A stretch of 64,000 nt of DNA from Tagaea sp. (GTDB taxonomy: Bacteria; Pseudomonadota; Alphaproteobacteria; CACIAM-22H2). Below are positions 22,856-32,173 of the stretch, piece after piece (the first letter of the stretch is position 1; the number at the start of each line of letters is the position of its first letter). The notes under the pieces are model-generated. The model worked only from the letters and a program-made list of their open reading frames with translations, searched no databases and was not told the DNA's origin. A program made the translations under genes and the position numbers. The stretch covers positions 64,001 through 128,000 of the forward strand of contig CBDIIB010000005.1 in NCBI GenBank assembly GCA_965279525.1. The letters are read 5' to 3'.

Positions 22856-23179
22856 ATGAAGGCCCAGATCCACCCCGCCTACCACGAAATCAACGTCGTG
22901 ATGACCGACGGCACCCAGTTCAAGACCCGTTCGACGATGGGCAAGCCGGGCGACACGCTGCGCCTCGACATCGACCCGAAGACGCACCCGGCCTGGACCG
23001 GCCAGCAGCGCATGATGGACACCGGCGGCCAGGTCGCCAAGTTCAACAAGCGCTTCGCGGGTCTCGGCATCAAGGCCGCGCCGACCGGCGAAGGCACGGC
23101 TGCCGCAGCGTCGGGCGCTCCCGCGACCGCAGCACCGGCGAAGGCTGCTGCTCCGGCAAAGGCCGCCGCGAAGAAGTAA
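22856..23179 (+). CDS. rpmE: 50S ribosomal protein L31 with Ala/Lys/Pro-rich tail
   Basis: [10 protein letters not shown]...[13 protein letters not shown]...[11 protein letters not shown]. Confidence 0.96.
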   Translation: MKAQIHPAYHEINVVMTDGTQFKTRSTMGKPGDTLRLDIDPKTHPAWTGQQRMMDTGGQVAKFNKRFAGLGIKAAPTGEGTAAAASGAPATAAPAKAAAPAKAAAKK

Positions 23180-23212
23180 TCCCGCTTTCCGCCTCCGGGC
23201 GGTCGGCAGAAG

Positions 23213-23249
23213 ACGGGCGCTCCGGAAACGGGGCGCCCGTTTTGCTTTT
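23213..23249 (+). terminator. Intrinsic terminator
   Basis: ACGGGCGCTCCG-GAAA-CGGGGCGCCCGT followed by TTTGCTTTT. Confidence 0.85.
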
Positions 23250-23722
23250 CAGGTGCCGAGCTGGCTGTCGAGGCGTGCCACGCGCTCGAACAGCCGGCGG
23301 CTCTGGCCCATCAGGTCGCCGAGCTTCTGGCTCGTGCGCGCGACCCGCGCGTCGGTGTCGGCAAGGCAAAGATCGTGCGCACCCAGACGGAAGCGCTCGT
23401 CGCGCACCTCGTCGCGCGACAGTTCGCCCGCCGCCACCGCCTTCTGGGCCAGCAGCCAGGCCATGATCTGGGCCAGGCGCGTCGTCAGGCGCATCGCCTC
23501 GCAGTTCATGTGCAGCCGTTCGTCGGGGTCGGTCTGGAAGGGCTCGCCCGGCTGGACATTGGCCACGTAATGGCGCGCCGACAGCAGCAGGCTCATCGTC
23601 TCGTCGTATGTCCGTCCGAAGAACGGGGCGATCCGCTCGAGCGGACCGCCGCCTGTGTCGGTCAGGGTCACTTGCGAAACTCCTTCGAGCCCAAGTTTCG
23701 GGGCGGACTCGGGAAAACGCAA
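23249..23722 (-). CDS. rcdA: DUF1465 / RcdA-like protein (regulator of CtrA degradation); start uncertain
   Basis: RTYDETMSLL...EAMRLTTRLAQIMAWLL...SRRLFERVARLD. Confidence 0.75.
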   Translation of the reverse strand: MRFPESAPKLGLEGVSQVTLTDTGGGPLERIAPFFGRTYDETMSLLLSARHYVANVQPGEPFQTDPDERLHMNCEAMRLTTRLAQIMAWLLAQKAVAAGELSRDEVRDERFRLGAHDLCLADTDARVARTSQKLGDLMGQSRRLFERVARLDSQLGT

Positions 23723-23747
23723 ATGCGTTTTTTACGCATGTGGGGGA

Positions 23748-23775
23748 CTTGAACCGGCCGGCAGGACGCCTAAAT
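23748..23775 (+). promoter_or_regulatory. RpoH (sigma32)-type promoter of the small heat-shock gene
   Basis: CTTGAA-N15-CCTAAAT. Confidence 0.7.
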
Positions 23776-23779
23776 CGGG

Positions 23780-23853
23780 GTGGTCCGACGGTGCCCATCC
23801 GGGGCCGGCGGCATCAACCACAGTCCCATCGCTCAAAGGAGGATAGGATCATG
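23780..23853 (+). promoter_or_regulatory. ROSE-like RNA thermometer
   Basis: GTCCCATCGCTCAAAGGAGGATAGGATC-ATG: the U(U/C)GCU motif lies just 5' of the AGGA SD and can pair with it; located in an ibpA-type leader. Confidence 0.7.
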
Positions 23854-24309
23854 AACCACTTCGATTTTTCGCCGCTTTTCCGCTCCAGCATCGGCTTCGA
23901 CCGCCTTTCGCGCCTGATCGACGAATCGATGCGCGGCGCCGAGCAGGTCGGCTATCCGCCGTACAACATCGAGAAGACCGGCGAGAACGACTATCGCATC
24001 GCGATGGCCGTGGCCGGTTTCGGCGCCGACGAGATCACGCTCGTCCAGCAGGAGAACACGCTCGTGATCGCCGGCCAGAAGAAGGACGGCGATGCCGCCG
24101 GCAGTGCCTTCCTCCATCGCGGCATCGCGCAGCGCAGCTTCGAGCGCCGCTTCCAGCTCGCGGATTTCATCCGCGTGTCGGCGGCACGCCTCGAGAACGG
24201 CCTGCTCTTCGTCGAACTCGTCCGCGAGGTGCCCGAAGCGATGAAGCCGCGGCGCATCACGATCGAGACCGGCACGCGCCCGCACGTGCTCGAGGCGAAG
24301 GCCGCCTGA
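23851..24309 (+). CDS. ibpA: Small heat-shock protein, Hsp20/IbpA family
   Basis: DFSPLFRSSIGFDR, YPPYNIEK, LHRGIAQRSFERRFQLAD, LENGLL. Confidence 0.95.
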   Translation: MNHFDFSPLFRSSIGFDRLSRLIDESMRGAEQVGYPPYNIEKTGENDYRIAMAVAGFGADEITLVQQENTLVIAGQKKDGDAAGSAFLHRGIAQRSFERRFQLADFIRVSAARLENGLLFVELVREVPEAMKPRRITIETGTRPHVLEAKAA

Positions 24310-24390
24310 CGGAAAGCAACTGACGAAGCTCCGCCCGCCCCGGCGACCGCCGGCGGCGGGCGGACGCGCTTGCGCGCCAAGAGGGCGCGT

Positions 24391-25860
24391 TTATGCCCGG
24401 AAATGCGCCTTGATGCGCTGGCGCACGTGCGGATCGGCGCAGGTATAGCGGGCACCGACAAGACCGTCGGCGAAGCGCACGATCTCGAGGTCGGCCTCGA
24501 AACCCATCGAGATATAGCCGTTGCGCAGCATCACGGTCGCCTTCATGTGCTGGCCGGGCTGGGCCAGGCCGGCGAAGGGGCCGAACATGACGCCGGTCTC
24601 GCTCCAGTTGCGCAGCGGCACGCGCTGGCCGCTGATGAGCACGCGGTCTTCGGGCCCGGCGATGCTGCGTGGCGCGATCCGCCGCTCGCCCGCCGATGAC
24701 AGGTCCGCGAAGGCCGTCGCCGCGATCTCGCGGAAGCGCTGGCGCTTGGCATCGGAAAGCTGCGAGGTCGCCATGGCCTGCGAGACCTGTGCGGCGAGGC
24801 CGCGCTTCTCGTCGTGCGCCATGCCGGGGACGTAGAAGTCGCTCTTGAACTCCTGGTTCTCGACCAGACCGTCGATCGTCGCGGCGATATACTTGCGCGC
24901 GTTCGGGTCCTCGATGTCGGCATGCAGGCCGAGCAGGACCAGCAGCTTGCGCCCGATGCCGATCTCGCGCGCGATCAGCGGATTGAGGCTCTCAGGCGCC
25001 GTCAGACGGGTCAGCCGGCGCGACAGGTTGTCGGCGAGATCCTTGTCGGCATCCAGCAACGGCAGCGACGAGACCTTGCGGCGCAGGTCGCGCGTCGAGT
25101 TGAGCTCGAGCGTCGGATCGCGCTTGGCAAGCGAGGCCGGCCCCGTGATCGCGCCGTTCAGGATCTCGACGGTCGCCCGGTCGACGAAGGGCATGTCGCG
25201 CCCGGCCTTGCGCGCCACCAGCCCCGATACGAAAGCGGAATTGCCGCTCGCGGCAGACGCCGCATCCCCGGCAAGCGCCAGGCACGCGCGCACCATCACC
25301 GCCAGATTGTCCGCCGGCCCGACAAGTGCGGTGCAGGACGGCTTCATGCGCAGCAGCTCGGCAAGCGTCTGGTCGATCAACGCGATGCAGGCCGGATTGT
25401 GCACGCCGTCGAGCAGTTCGAGACACTTGTTGGCGCGCAGCAGCCAATTGCCGCCGCCGAGGGCAGAAAAAATTGCGGCCAAGGCGATTCCGGCGCGAAC
25501 CGGGCCAAGGCCGGGATCGGAGGCCGCCAGCCGGTCCAGGGCAACCGCATCGGCGGCGTGCGCGTCCGGCAGGCCTTTGGCCTCGGCCTCGACCAGACGC
25601 ATCGCGCCATCGACAAGCTCGAGGGTCTGGCGCATGCGTTCGGCGACGGGGTTCTTGAGCTGCTGGCCCTGCAGGATGGCCACCCGCTGGACGTATTCTT
25701 GGAATTTTGTCCCTGAATTCAGGATCTTGCGATGCTCGCGCGGGTCGAAGGCAAGCTCGGTCGCGGTGATCCGGACCTGATCCAGATAGGGCAGCGCCAC
25801 GCGGAACAGGGTTTCGCGCGCGGCGGGCTCGAGAGCTTCAACAGGTTTCGTGCAGAACAT
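24391..25860 (-). CDS. Helical protein with C-terminal PilZ-like domain, paralog 1
   Basis: ERRIAPR (RxxxR) and NWSETG (D/NxSxxG) before a beta-rich C-terminus; colinear with 25950-27428. Confidence 0.75.
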   Translation of the reverse strand: MFCTKPVEALEPAARETLFRVALPYLDQVRITATELAFDPREHRKILNSGTKFQEYVQRVAILQGQQLKNPVAERMRQTLELVDGAMRLVEAEAKGLPDAHAADAVALDRLAASDPGLGPVRAGIALAAIFSALGGGNWLLRANKCLELLDGVHNPACIALIDQTLAELLRMKPSCTALVGPADNLAVMVRACLALAGDAASAASGNSAFVSGLVARKAGRDMPFVDRATVEILNGAITGPASLAKRDPTLELNSTRDLRRKVSSLPLLDADKDLADNLSRRLTRLTAPESLNPLIAREIGIGRKLLVLLGLHADIEDPNARKYIAATIDGLVENQEFKSDFYVPGMAHDEKRGLAAQVSQAMATSQLSDAKRQRFREIAATAFADLSSAGERRIAPRSIAGPEDRVLISGQRVPLRNWSETGVMFGPFAGLAQPGQHMKATVMLRNGYISMGFEADLEIVRFADGLVGARYTCADPHVRQRIKAHFRA

Positions 25861-25949
25861 GATCCGTCCCGGTCATACAACCAAGACGGCAAAATAGCCT
25901 CCCTTCGTAAATAAATTGTATGCAATTCGGAAGTTTGACCGGAGACCGG

Positions 25950-27428
25950 TCAGGCGCGGAAATGCGCCTTGATGCGCTGGCGGGTCTGCGGATCCTGACA
26001 GTTGTAGCGCGCCCCGACGAGCCCGTCGGTCTGGCGGACGATCTCGATCTCGGCCTCGAAGCCCATCGAGATATAGGCGTTGCGCAGCATGATCGTCGCG
26101 CGCATGCGCTGTCCCGGTGCGATGAGGCCGTTATAGGGACCGAACATCAGCCCGGTCTCGCTCCAGTTGCGCAACGGCACACGCACGCCGCCGAGCTGCA
26201 CGCGGTCTTCCGGCCCCGCGATCGACCGCGGCGAAATGCGCCGGTCGCCGGTTTCGCCCAGCGAGGCGAACGTCGTCGTCACCACCGCCAGGTAGCGCTG
26301 GCGCTTGATGTCGATGAGATCGGCATTGTTGATCGACTGGCTGACCTGGGCGACCAGCGCGCGCTTCTCGTCGTGGCTCATGCCGGGGACGAAGAACTCG
26401 TCCTTGAACTCGCGCGAGTCGACGAGTTGGTCGAGATGGGTGACGAGATGCTTGCGCGCACCCTCGTCGCCGATCTCGCAGTGCAGGCCGAGGAGGAGGA
26501 TCGCCTTGCGGCCCGCCCCGATCTCGCGCGCCACCAGCGGCTCGAGCAGTTCGGGCGCCACGAGCCGCGACATGCGCCGCGCAAGGATCTCCTGCAGCTC
26601 GCGGTCGGCGACGAGCCGGGGGAGCTTGGTGATGCGGTCGCGATAGCCGCGCGTCGTCTTGATCTCCTGCGTGGGATCGCGCTTGGCGATCGCCGTCGGG
26701 CTCGCGAGCACGCCCTTGAGGACCTCGATGGCCGCCGCGACGGTCAGCGGCGTCGCGTTGCCCTTCTGGCGTGCGACGAGCGCCTGGATGAAGGGCGGAT
26801 TGTTCATGGCATTGGTCGCCTCGGGATCGCCGGCGATGGCAAGGCACGCCCGGATGATCAGCGTGAGATTCTCGGCCGGGCCGATCAGGATCGCGGACGC
26901 CGGCTTGAGGCGCACGAGTTCGGCCAGCGTCTGGTCGATGAGTTCGAGTGCCGCGGGATGCGTCGCCTTGTCGAGGAACGCGATGCACCGGTTTGCCTTG
27001 CCGATCCAGTCGCCCGGACCCGAGCCGGACGTGGCGAGCGTCAGGGCAAGCGCGGTGCCGGCCCGGATGGGTCCGCGCACCGGATCGCTGCCCGCCAGCC
27101 TGTCGAGGGCCGCCGCGTCGATCTCCGCCAGCGGCGGAAGCTCGCGCGTCGCCTGTTCGACCTCGCGCATCGCCTCGTCGACGATGTCGATGATCTGGCG
27201 CACGCGGTCGGTCACCGACTTCTTCAGCGCCTGGCCCTGCAGGATCGCCACGCGCTGGACGAACTCCTGGAAGCGCATGCCGGCGTTCAGCAGCTTTCGT
27301 TGTTCGCGCGGGTCGAAGGCAAGCTCGGTCGCCGTGATGCGCGCATGCTCGAGATGCGGCTGTGCGACGCGAAAGAGCGTCTCGCGCGCCGCCAGCTCCA
27401 GGGATTCAAATGCATTGAGACAGAACAT
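25950..27428 (-). CDS. Helical protein with C-terminal PilZ-like domain, paralog 2
   Basis: DRRISPR and NWSETG; both paralogs start MFC and end RQRIKAHFRA. Confidence 0.75.
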   Translation of the reverse strand: MFCLNAFESLELAARETLFRVAQPHLEHARITATELAFDPREQRKLLNAGMRFQEFVQRVAILQGQALKKSVTDRVRQIIDIVDEAMREVEQATRELPPLAEIDAAALDRLAGSDPVRGPIRAGTALALTLATSGSGPGDWIGKANRCIAFLDKATHPAALELIDQTLAELVRLKPASAILIGPAENLTLIIRACLAIAGDPEATNAMNNPPFIQALVARQKGNATPLTVAAAIEVLKGVLASPTAIAKRDPTQEIKTTRGYRDRITKLPRLVADRELQEILARRMSRLVAPELLEPLVAREIGAGRKAILLLGLHCEIGDEGARKHLVTHLDQLVDSREFKDEFFVPGMSHDEKRALVAQVSQSINNADLIDIKRQRYLAVVTTTFASLGETGDRRISPRSIAGPEDRVQLGGVRVPLRNWSETGLMFGPYNGLIAPGQRMRATIMLRNAYISMGFEAEIEIVRQTDGLVGARYNCQDPQTRQRIKAHFRA

Positions 27429-27508
27429 TCCGGTTCTCCGCAGAAATTTTCGGAGGAGAACTTACCGGTTGCTTCGTAAAAAAATAGACAATTCTGTACA
27501 GCAAAATT

Positions 27509-27949
27509 TCAAGTAGAAATTTTGTGTAATGCATCTTTCAACTGCATAGGTATGACAACCGGCTTCTGGTCGTCACGCCGGACGAATACATGCACGAAAT
27601 GTCCCTCGGCGGCCGCCACGTCGCTGCCCTGCCGGAAGAGACCGATCTCGTAGCGCACCGAACTGTTGCCCAGATGCCCGACGCGCAGGCCTGCATCGAT
27701 CGTCTCCGGAAAGGCAAGCGACGTGCGGAAGCGGCACATCGTCTCGACCGCGATGCCGACGACCTCCGCGCGATGTATGTCAAGACCGCCCGCTTCGATC
27801 AGGTACGCGTTAATGACCGTGTCGAAGTAGCTGTAGTACACGACATTGTTCACGTGACCGTAGAGGTCGTTGTCCATCCAGCGCGTCGGGATGGCGCGGA
27901 AGTGGCGATAGGCAGCGCGCGTCTCGGGCGGCGTCTTCGCGTGCGACAT
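27509..27949 (-). CDS. Acyl-CoA thioesterase (4-HBT/YbgC hotdog family)
   Basis: TRWMDNDLYGHVNNVVYYSYFD. Confidence 0.92.
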   Translation of the reverse strand: MSHAKTPPETRAAYRHFRAIPTRWMDNDLYGHVNNVVYYSYFDTVINAYLIEAGGLDIHRAEVVGIAVETMCRFRTSLAFPETIDAGLRVGHLGNSSVRYEIGLFRQGSDVAAAEGHFVHVFVRRDDQKPVVIPMQLKDALHKIST

Positions 27950-27952
27950 CGT

Positions 27953-28741
27953 TCAGCAGATCCCGGCCAGGGCGTCGAGCGTGGCGTCGGGCGCTTCGAC
28001 CATCGCCATGTGGCCGGCACCGGCGAGCACGCGCTCCTGCGCCCCTTGCGTCGCCGCGATCAGGGCCCGGGCCCCTGCCGCCGGCGTCATCCGGTCGGCG
28101 GCACCCAGCAGATAGAGCGTCGGGCAGCGCGCCGCCGCGGCGGCGACCAGCGCATCCTTATACGAGTCGCAGGCCGAAAGGTCGCTTGCCAGCACGCCGT
28201 CGGCGACCCGCTCCAGCAGTCGCACGCCGCCACCCACCATCCAGGTGCCCGGTGCACGCGCCCCGCCAATCTGCGCGCGTCGCCCGAACGCCCAGTCCGC
28301 GATCATCTCGACGGCCGCATGCTCGCCGTTGGCTGCCGCCGCCAGCAGCTTGGGATGGACCGGCATCAGGGCAGCTGCACCCAGGAGCGCAAGTGCGCGC
28401 ACGCGCCGGCCATGGCGGGCGGCAGCGGCAAGCGACACGAGAGCCCCCATCGAATGGCCGACAAGGGCGGCCTCGCTTGCACCCGCCGCATCGAGCAGCC
28501 GCGGCATGAAATCGGCCATGGCTTCGATCGTGGAAAGTGCGGGACCTTCCGAGCGGCCATGGCCCGGCAGGTCGATCGCCAGCGCGTTGCGCCCGTGATG
28601 CGCGAACCAGCGCGTCTGCAGGTTCCACACCGTATGGTCCATGCCCGCGCCGTGCACGAAAACGACGGTCGGCCGGGCGGGATCGAACTTCCTTCCGCCC
28701 GTGGCGGCGAACACACGACGTCCGTCGACGACGAGTTCCAT
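27953..28741 (-). CDS. Alpha/beta hydrolase
   Basis: FVHGAG, DLPGHGRS, GHSMG, D and GH triad residues intact. Confidence 0.92.
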   Translation of the reverse strand: MELVVDGRRVFAATGGRKFDPARPTVVFVHGAGMDHTVWNLQTRWFAHHGRNALAIDLPGHGRSEGPALSTIEAMADFMPRLLDAAGASEAALVGHSMGALVSLAAAARHGRRVRALALLGAAALMPVHPKLLAAAANGEHAAVEMIADWAFGRRAQIGGARAPGTWMVGGGVRLLERVADGVLASDLSACDSYKDALVAAAAARCPTLYLLGAADRMTPAAGARALIAATQGAQERVLAGAGHMAMVEAPDATLDALAGIC

Positions 28742-28745
28742 GGCG

Positions 28746-30038
28746 CTAGCCCTTCGCCGATGCGCGCAAGGCGGCCGTCAGGTCGTCGATCAGGTCGGCG
28801 CAGTCTTCCAGACCGATCGACAGGCGCACCATCTCCTCGCCGATGCCGGCCGCCTTCAGCGCCGCCGCGTCCATCTGCTGGTGCGTGGTCGATGCCGGAT
28901 GGATGACCAGCGACTTGGCGTCGCCGACATTCGCGAGGTGGCTGAACAGCTTCAGCGCCTCGATGAAGCGCCGGCCCGCGGCCCGTCCGCCCTTGATGCC
29001 GAAGCTGATCATCGAGCCCGCACCCTTGGGCAGCAGGCGGCCGGCAAGCGCATGGTCGGGATGGGACGCCAGGTCGGGATGGTTGACCCACGCGACCTCG
29101 GCCGCACCTTCGAGGAACGCCGCGACCTTGCGCGCGTTCTCGACATGGCGGGCCATGCGCAGCGGCAGCGTTTCCAGCCCCTGCAACAGGTAGAAGGCGT
29201 TGGTCGGCGACAGGCACGCGCCGAAATCGCGCAGGCCCTCGGCGCGCGCGCGCATGATGAACGCGGCCGGGCCGAACTCCTCGGCGAAATCGAGCCCGTG
29301 ATAGCCGGCATAGGGCTCGGTGATCGTGGGGAACTTTCCCGACTTCTCCCAGTCGAACGTGCCGGCGTCGACCAGCACGCCGCCGATGGCGATGCCGTGG
29401 CCGCCGATCCACTTGGTCGTCGAGTGCATGACGAGATCGGCGCCGTGGTCGAACGAGCGGAACAGGTACGGCGTGCAGAACGTGCAGTCGAGCATCAGCG
29501 GCAGGCCGGCGGCGTGCGCCACTTTCGCCACCGCCGGCACGTCCAGGACTTCGAGGCCCGGATTGCCGAGCACCTCGCCGAACACCAGGCGCGTCTCGGG
29601 GCGGATCGCGGCGGCGAACGCGGCGGGGTCGCGCGCATCGACGAAGCTGGTCGTGATCCCGAAGCGCGGCAGCGTGTGGGTGAACATGTTGTGCGAGCCG
29701 CCATAGATCGAGCCCGAGCTGACGATGTGCCCGCCCGTCCCCATCAGCGTGACGATCGCAAGGTGGAGTGCCGCCTGCCCCGAGGCGGTCGCGATGGCGC
29801 CGACTCCGCCTTCGAGGGCGGCGATCCGCTCCTCGAGCACCGCCACCGTCGGGTTGGATATACGGCTGTAGATGTGCCCCGCGCGCTCGAGATTGAACAG
29901 CGACGCGGCCGCATCGACGTCGGGAAACACATAGGACGTGGTCTGGTAGATCGGGACCGCGCGCGCACCCGTCGTCGGATCGGGTTGTTGGCCGGCATGG
30001 AGAGAAAGTGTGTCGAAACGGGGAAATCGACCGGTCAT
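28746..30038 (-). CDS. metY: O-acetylhomoserine aminocarboxypropyltransferase (MetY/OAH sulfhydrylase)
   Basis: PIYQTTSY, YSRISNPT, HSTTKWIGGHG (PLP Lys), LANVGDAKSLVIHPASTTH. Confidence 0.92.
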   Translation of the reverse strand: MTGRFPRFDTLSLHAGQQPDPTTGARAVPIYQTTSYVFPDVDAAASLFNLERAGHIYSRISNPTVAVLEERIAALEGGVGAIATASGQAALHLAIVTLMGTGGHIVSSGSIYGGSHNMFTHTLPRFGITTSFVDARDPAAFAAAIRPETRLVFGEVLGNPGLEVLDVPAVAKVAHAAGLPLMLDCTFCTPYLFRSFDHGADLVMHSTTKWIGGHGIAIGGVLVDAGTFDWEKSGKFPTITEPYAGYHGLDFAEEFGPAAFIMRARAEGLRDFGACLSPTNAFYLLQGLETLPLRMARHVENARKVAAFLEGAAEVAWVNHPDLASHPDHALAGRLLPKGAGSMISFGIKGGRAAGRRFIEALKLFSHLANVGDAKSLVIHPASTTHQQMDAAALKAAGIGEEMVRLSIGLEDCADLIDDLTAALRASAKG

Positions 30039-30149
30039 GCGACCTCCAAAAAACGGCCTCCCGGAAAAACAGAACCGCCCGAGCGCGCCTTGGGCGTCTT
30101 TCGGGCGGTTCCTTATTCAAGCGGCGCGTCCCTGTTCAACCCGCAGCTT
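30039..30149 (-). ncRNA. Structured metY leader with intrinsic terminator; candidate riboswitch/attenuator
   Basis: 11-bp stem GAACCGCCCGA/TCGGGCGGTTC (30072-30111) followed by TGTTTTT on the minus strand, between the promoter and the ATG. Confidence 0.6.
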
Positions 30150-30155
30150 GGCGCG

Positions 30156-30184
30156 AAGCTAACCAGCCCAAGCGGCCGCGTCAA
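30156..30184 (-). promoter_or_regulatory. sigma70-type promoter of the metY operon
   Basis: Minus strand TTGACG-N17-TAGCTT. Confidence 0.7.
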
Positions 30185-30320
30185 TTGCCCCGTCGCCGGG
30201 ACGGGCCGGGACGGGCGTGTCGAATTCATACTACTGTAGAGTACTACATCATATTGAATTGCATCTTTAATTTCGCTCTGGCATGAGTGTTGACGACTTT
30301 GACTGGCCGGAGCGACCGCG

Positions 30321-32117
30321 GTGGCATTCGATTCTCCCTCCACCAAACTCACCTGCCCGGCCACCGCGGAGATCGTCACGACGATCGATTCCGTTCGTCG
30401 CCACAATACCGGTGCTGCAATCCTGTGCATCGTCATCGTGATCGGGATCGCCATCACCGCCCGATGGATCCAGGAACGCGAGGCGGTCTTCCACGAAGGT
30501 TTCGCCGCATCGCGCACGGCGTCGATCGAGCGCAACCTGCTGGCCGCAGACCTCCAGCTCATGCAGCTCGTCGCCAACGCGGACGGCGCCATGCTGCCGG
30601 CCCTGGCCGAACTCGACGGGCGCGATCCCTGCGCGGTCCCCCCCGAAGCCACGGCGGCGTTCCGGCATTTCGCGGCGGGCGCCGCGGCCGGCCAGATGGC
30701 GCTCGACGTCTGGTGCCGCGACGGCACGAACATGCTCCATCCGGAACGGCCCGGCGCCGCGCAGGAGCGATATTTCGCCATCCATGCCGATGCCGACATC
30801 GGCACCCGGGCCCGGGTGGTCGACTCGTTCCGCGGCATGTACGTCTCGACACCGGCACTCGACCGATCGACGCTCGAAACCCGCATCCGCCTCACGCGCC
30901 CCGTGCTGGGGCCGGACGGCACCTTTCAAGGCGTGGTCGGCGTCGGCATCCGCCTTTCGGCGCTGACCGACCTCCTGATGTCGCTGCGCGAGCGGGCCAG
31001 CGAACGGATCGCCCTCTACCGCAACGACCGCATGCTGGTCGCCCAGTATCCGGCCGAGTCGGCCGTCGGCATCGCCGACACGCCGCACGAAGCGCTCTGG
31101 CGGCACTATCCGTCCGCCGCGTTCGGGCATTTCGAAACGCCGGGACGGGCGGGCGGTGCGGACTCCCTGTCGGTCTTCTTCGGCTTGCGGCCGATGCCGC
31201 TCGTCGTCGTCTACACGACGGAGTGGCGGCCGATCTCGCGCGAGGCGCTGCGCATCTACTGGCCCGTGCTGGTGATCGCCGCCGCGGCCCTGATCGCGGC
31301 GTTCGTCTACGCCTGGATCTCGATCCGCTATGCCAACGCGCTGTCGCGCGCCAATGCCGAGCTTGCGCAAGCCAAGGAGAATCTGCAGTTCGAGGCCGAC
31401 GAGCGGGGGATATTCATCGCCAACATGAATCACGAGCTGCGCACGCCGCTCAACGCCATCGTCGGCTTCGCGCAGATCCTGGCCGACGCGACATTCGGTC
31501 CGTCGCATCCCAAATACCGCGAGTACGCGCGCGACATCGCCAGCAGCGGCCAGCATCTGCAGACGCTCATCGGCGAGATCATCGACTTCGCGGCGATCGA
31601 CCGGGGCCGCCGGAACATCGCCATCACGCGTCTCGACGCGGCCGAGGCGGTCGCCGAGACAGTCCGCCTGCTGCGGCCGATCGCAGGCGCTCGCGGCATC
31701 TCGATCGACACCGCGGGCGAGGACATCTGGGCGCTTGGCGACCTTGCCGCTGTCCGGCAGATCGTGATCAACCTCGTGACGAACGCGATCAAGTTTTCCG
31801 CACCGGGCGGCACCGTCACGATCGAGAGCCGGGCGGAAGCCGGGACGGGACTTGTCTCGATCTGCGTCGCCGATCGCGGCATGGGCATCGCACCGGCGGA
31901 GTTGCCCTCAATCGGCCGCCCCTTCTTCCGCACGCGGGCCGCACGGCTCGGCGCCGTCTCCGGCGCCGGACTTGGCCTTTCCATCTCCGTGGCCCTTGCC
32001 AACCAGATGGGCGGGCGCCTGACCCTGAAGAGCAATTCCGGTCGCGGCACGACGGTAACGCTCCTCCTCCCGCAGGCGGAGACGCTCTGGGCACAGAGTT
32101 ATCATAACTTACAATAG
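30321..32117 (+). CDS. Membrane sensor histidine kinase, PleC/DivJ-like, paralog 1
   Basis: Two transmembrane segments around a Cache-like periplasmic region; MNHELRTPLNAIVGF, NLVTNAIKF, DRGMGI, GAGLGL. Start uncertain. Confidence 0.9.
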   Translation: MAFDSPSTKLTCPATAEIVTTIDSVRRHNTGAAILCIVIVIGIAITARWIQEREAVFHEGFAASRTASIERNLLAADLQLMQLVANADGAMLPALAELDGRDPCAVPPEATAAFRHFAAGAAAGQMALDVWCRDGTNMLHPERPGAAQERYFAIHADADIGTRARVVDSFRGMYVSTPALDRSTLETRIRLTRPVLGPDGTFQGVVGVGIRLSALTDLLMSLRERASERIALYRNDRMLVAQYPAESAVGIADTPHEALWRHYPSAAFGHFETPGRAGGADSLSVFFGLRPMPLVVVYTTEWRPISREALRIYWPVLVIAAAALIAAFVYAWISIRYANALSRANAELAQAKENLQFEADERGIFIANMNHELRTPLNAIVGFAQILADATFGPSHPKYREYARDIASSGQHLQTLIGEIIDFAAIDRGRRNIAITRLDAAEAVAETVRLLRPIAGARGISIDTAGEDIWALGDLAAVRQIVINLVTNAIKFSAPGGTVTIESRAEAGTGLVSICVADRGMGIAPAELPSIGRPFFRTRAARLGAVSGAGLGLSISVALANQMGGRLTLKSNSGRGTTVTLLLPQAETLWAQSYHNLQ

Positions 32118-32173
32118 TATTATAAGTTTCATTTACACCGAATTAAGGGTCACACGTTAGAACCCTCGCGATC

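Noticed and set aside
24330-24364. GC-rich hairpin after ibpA as a classical terminator
   Set aside because: A stem is present (TCCGCCCGCC/GGCGGGCGGA) but there is no U tract on either strand, so it was not called.
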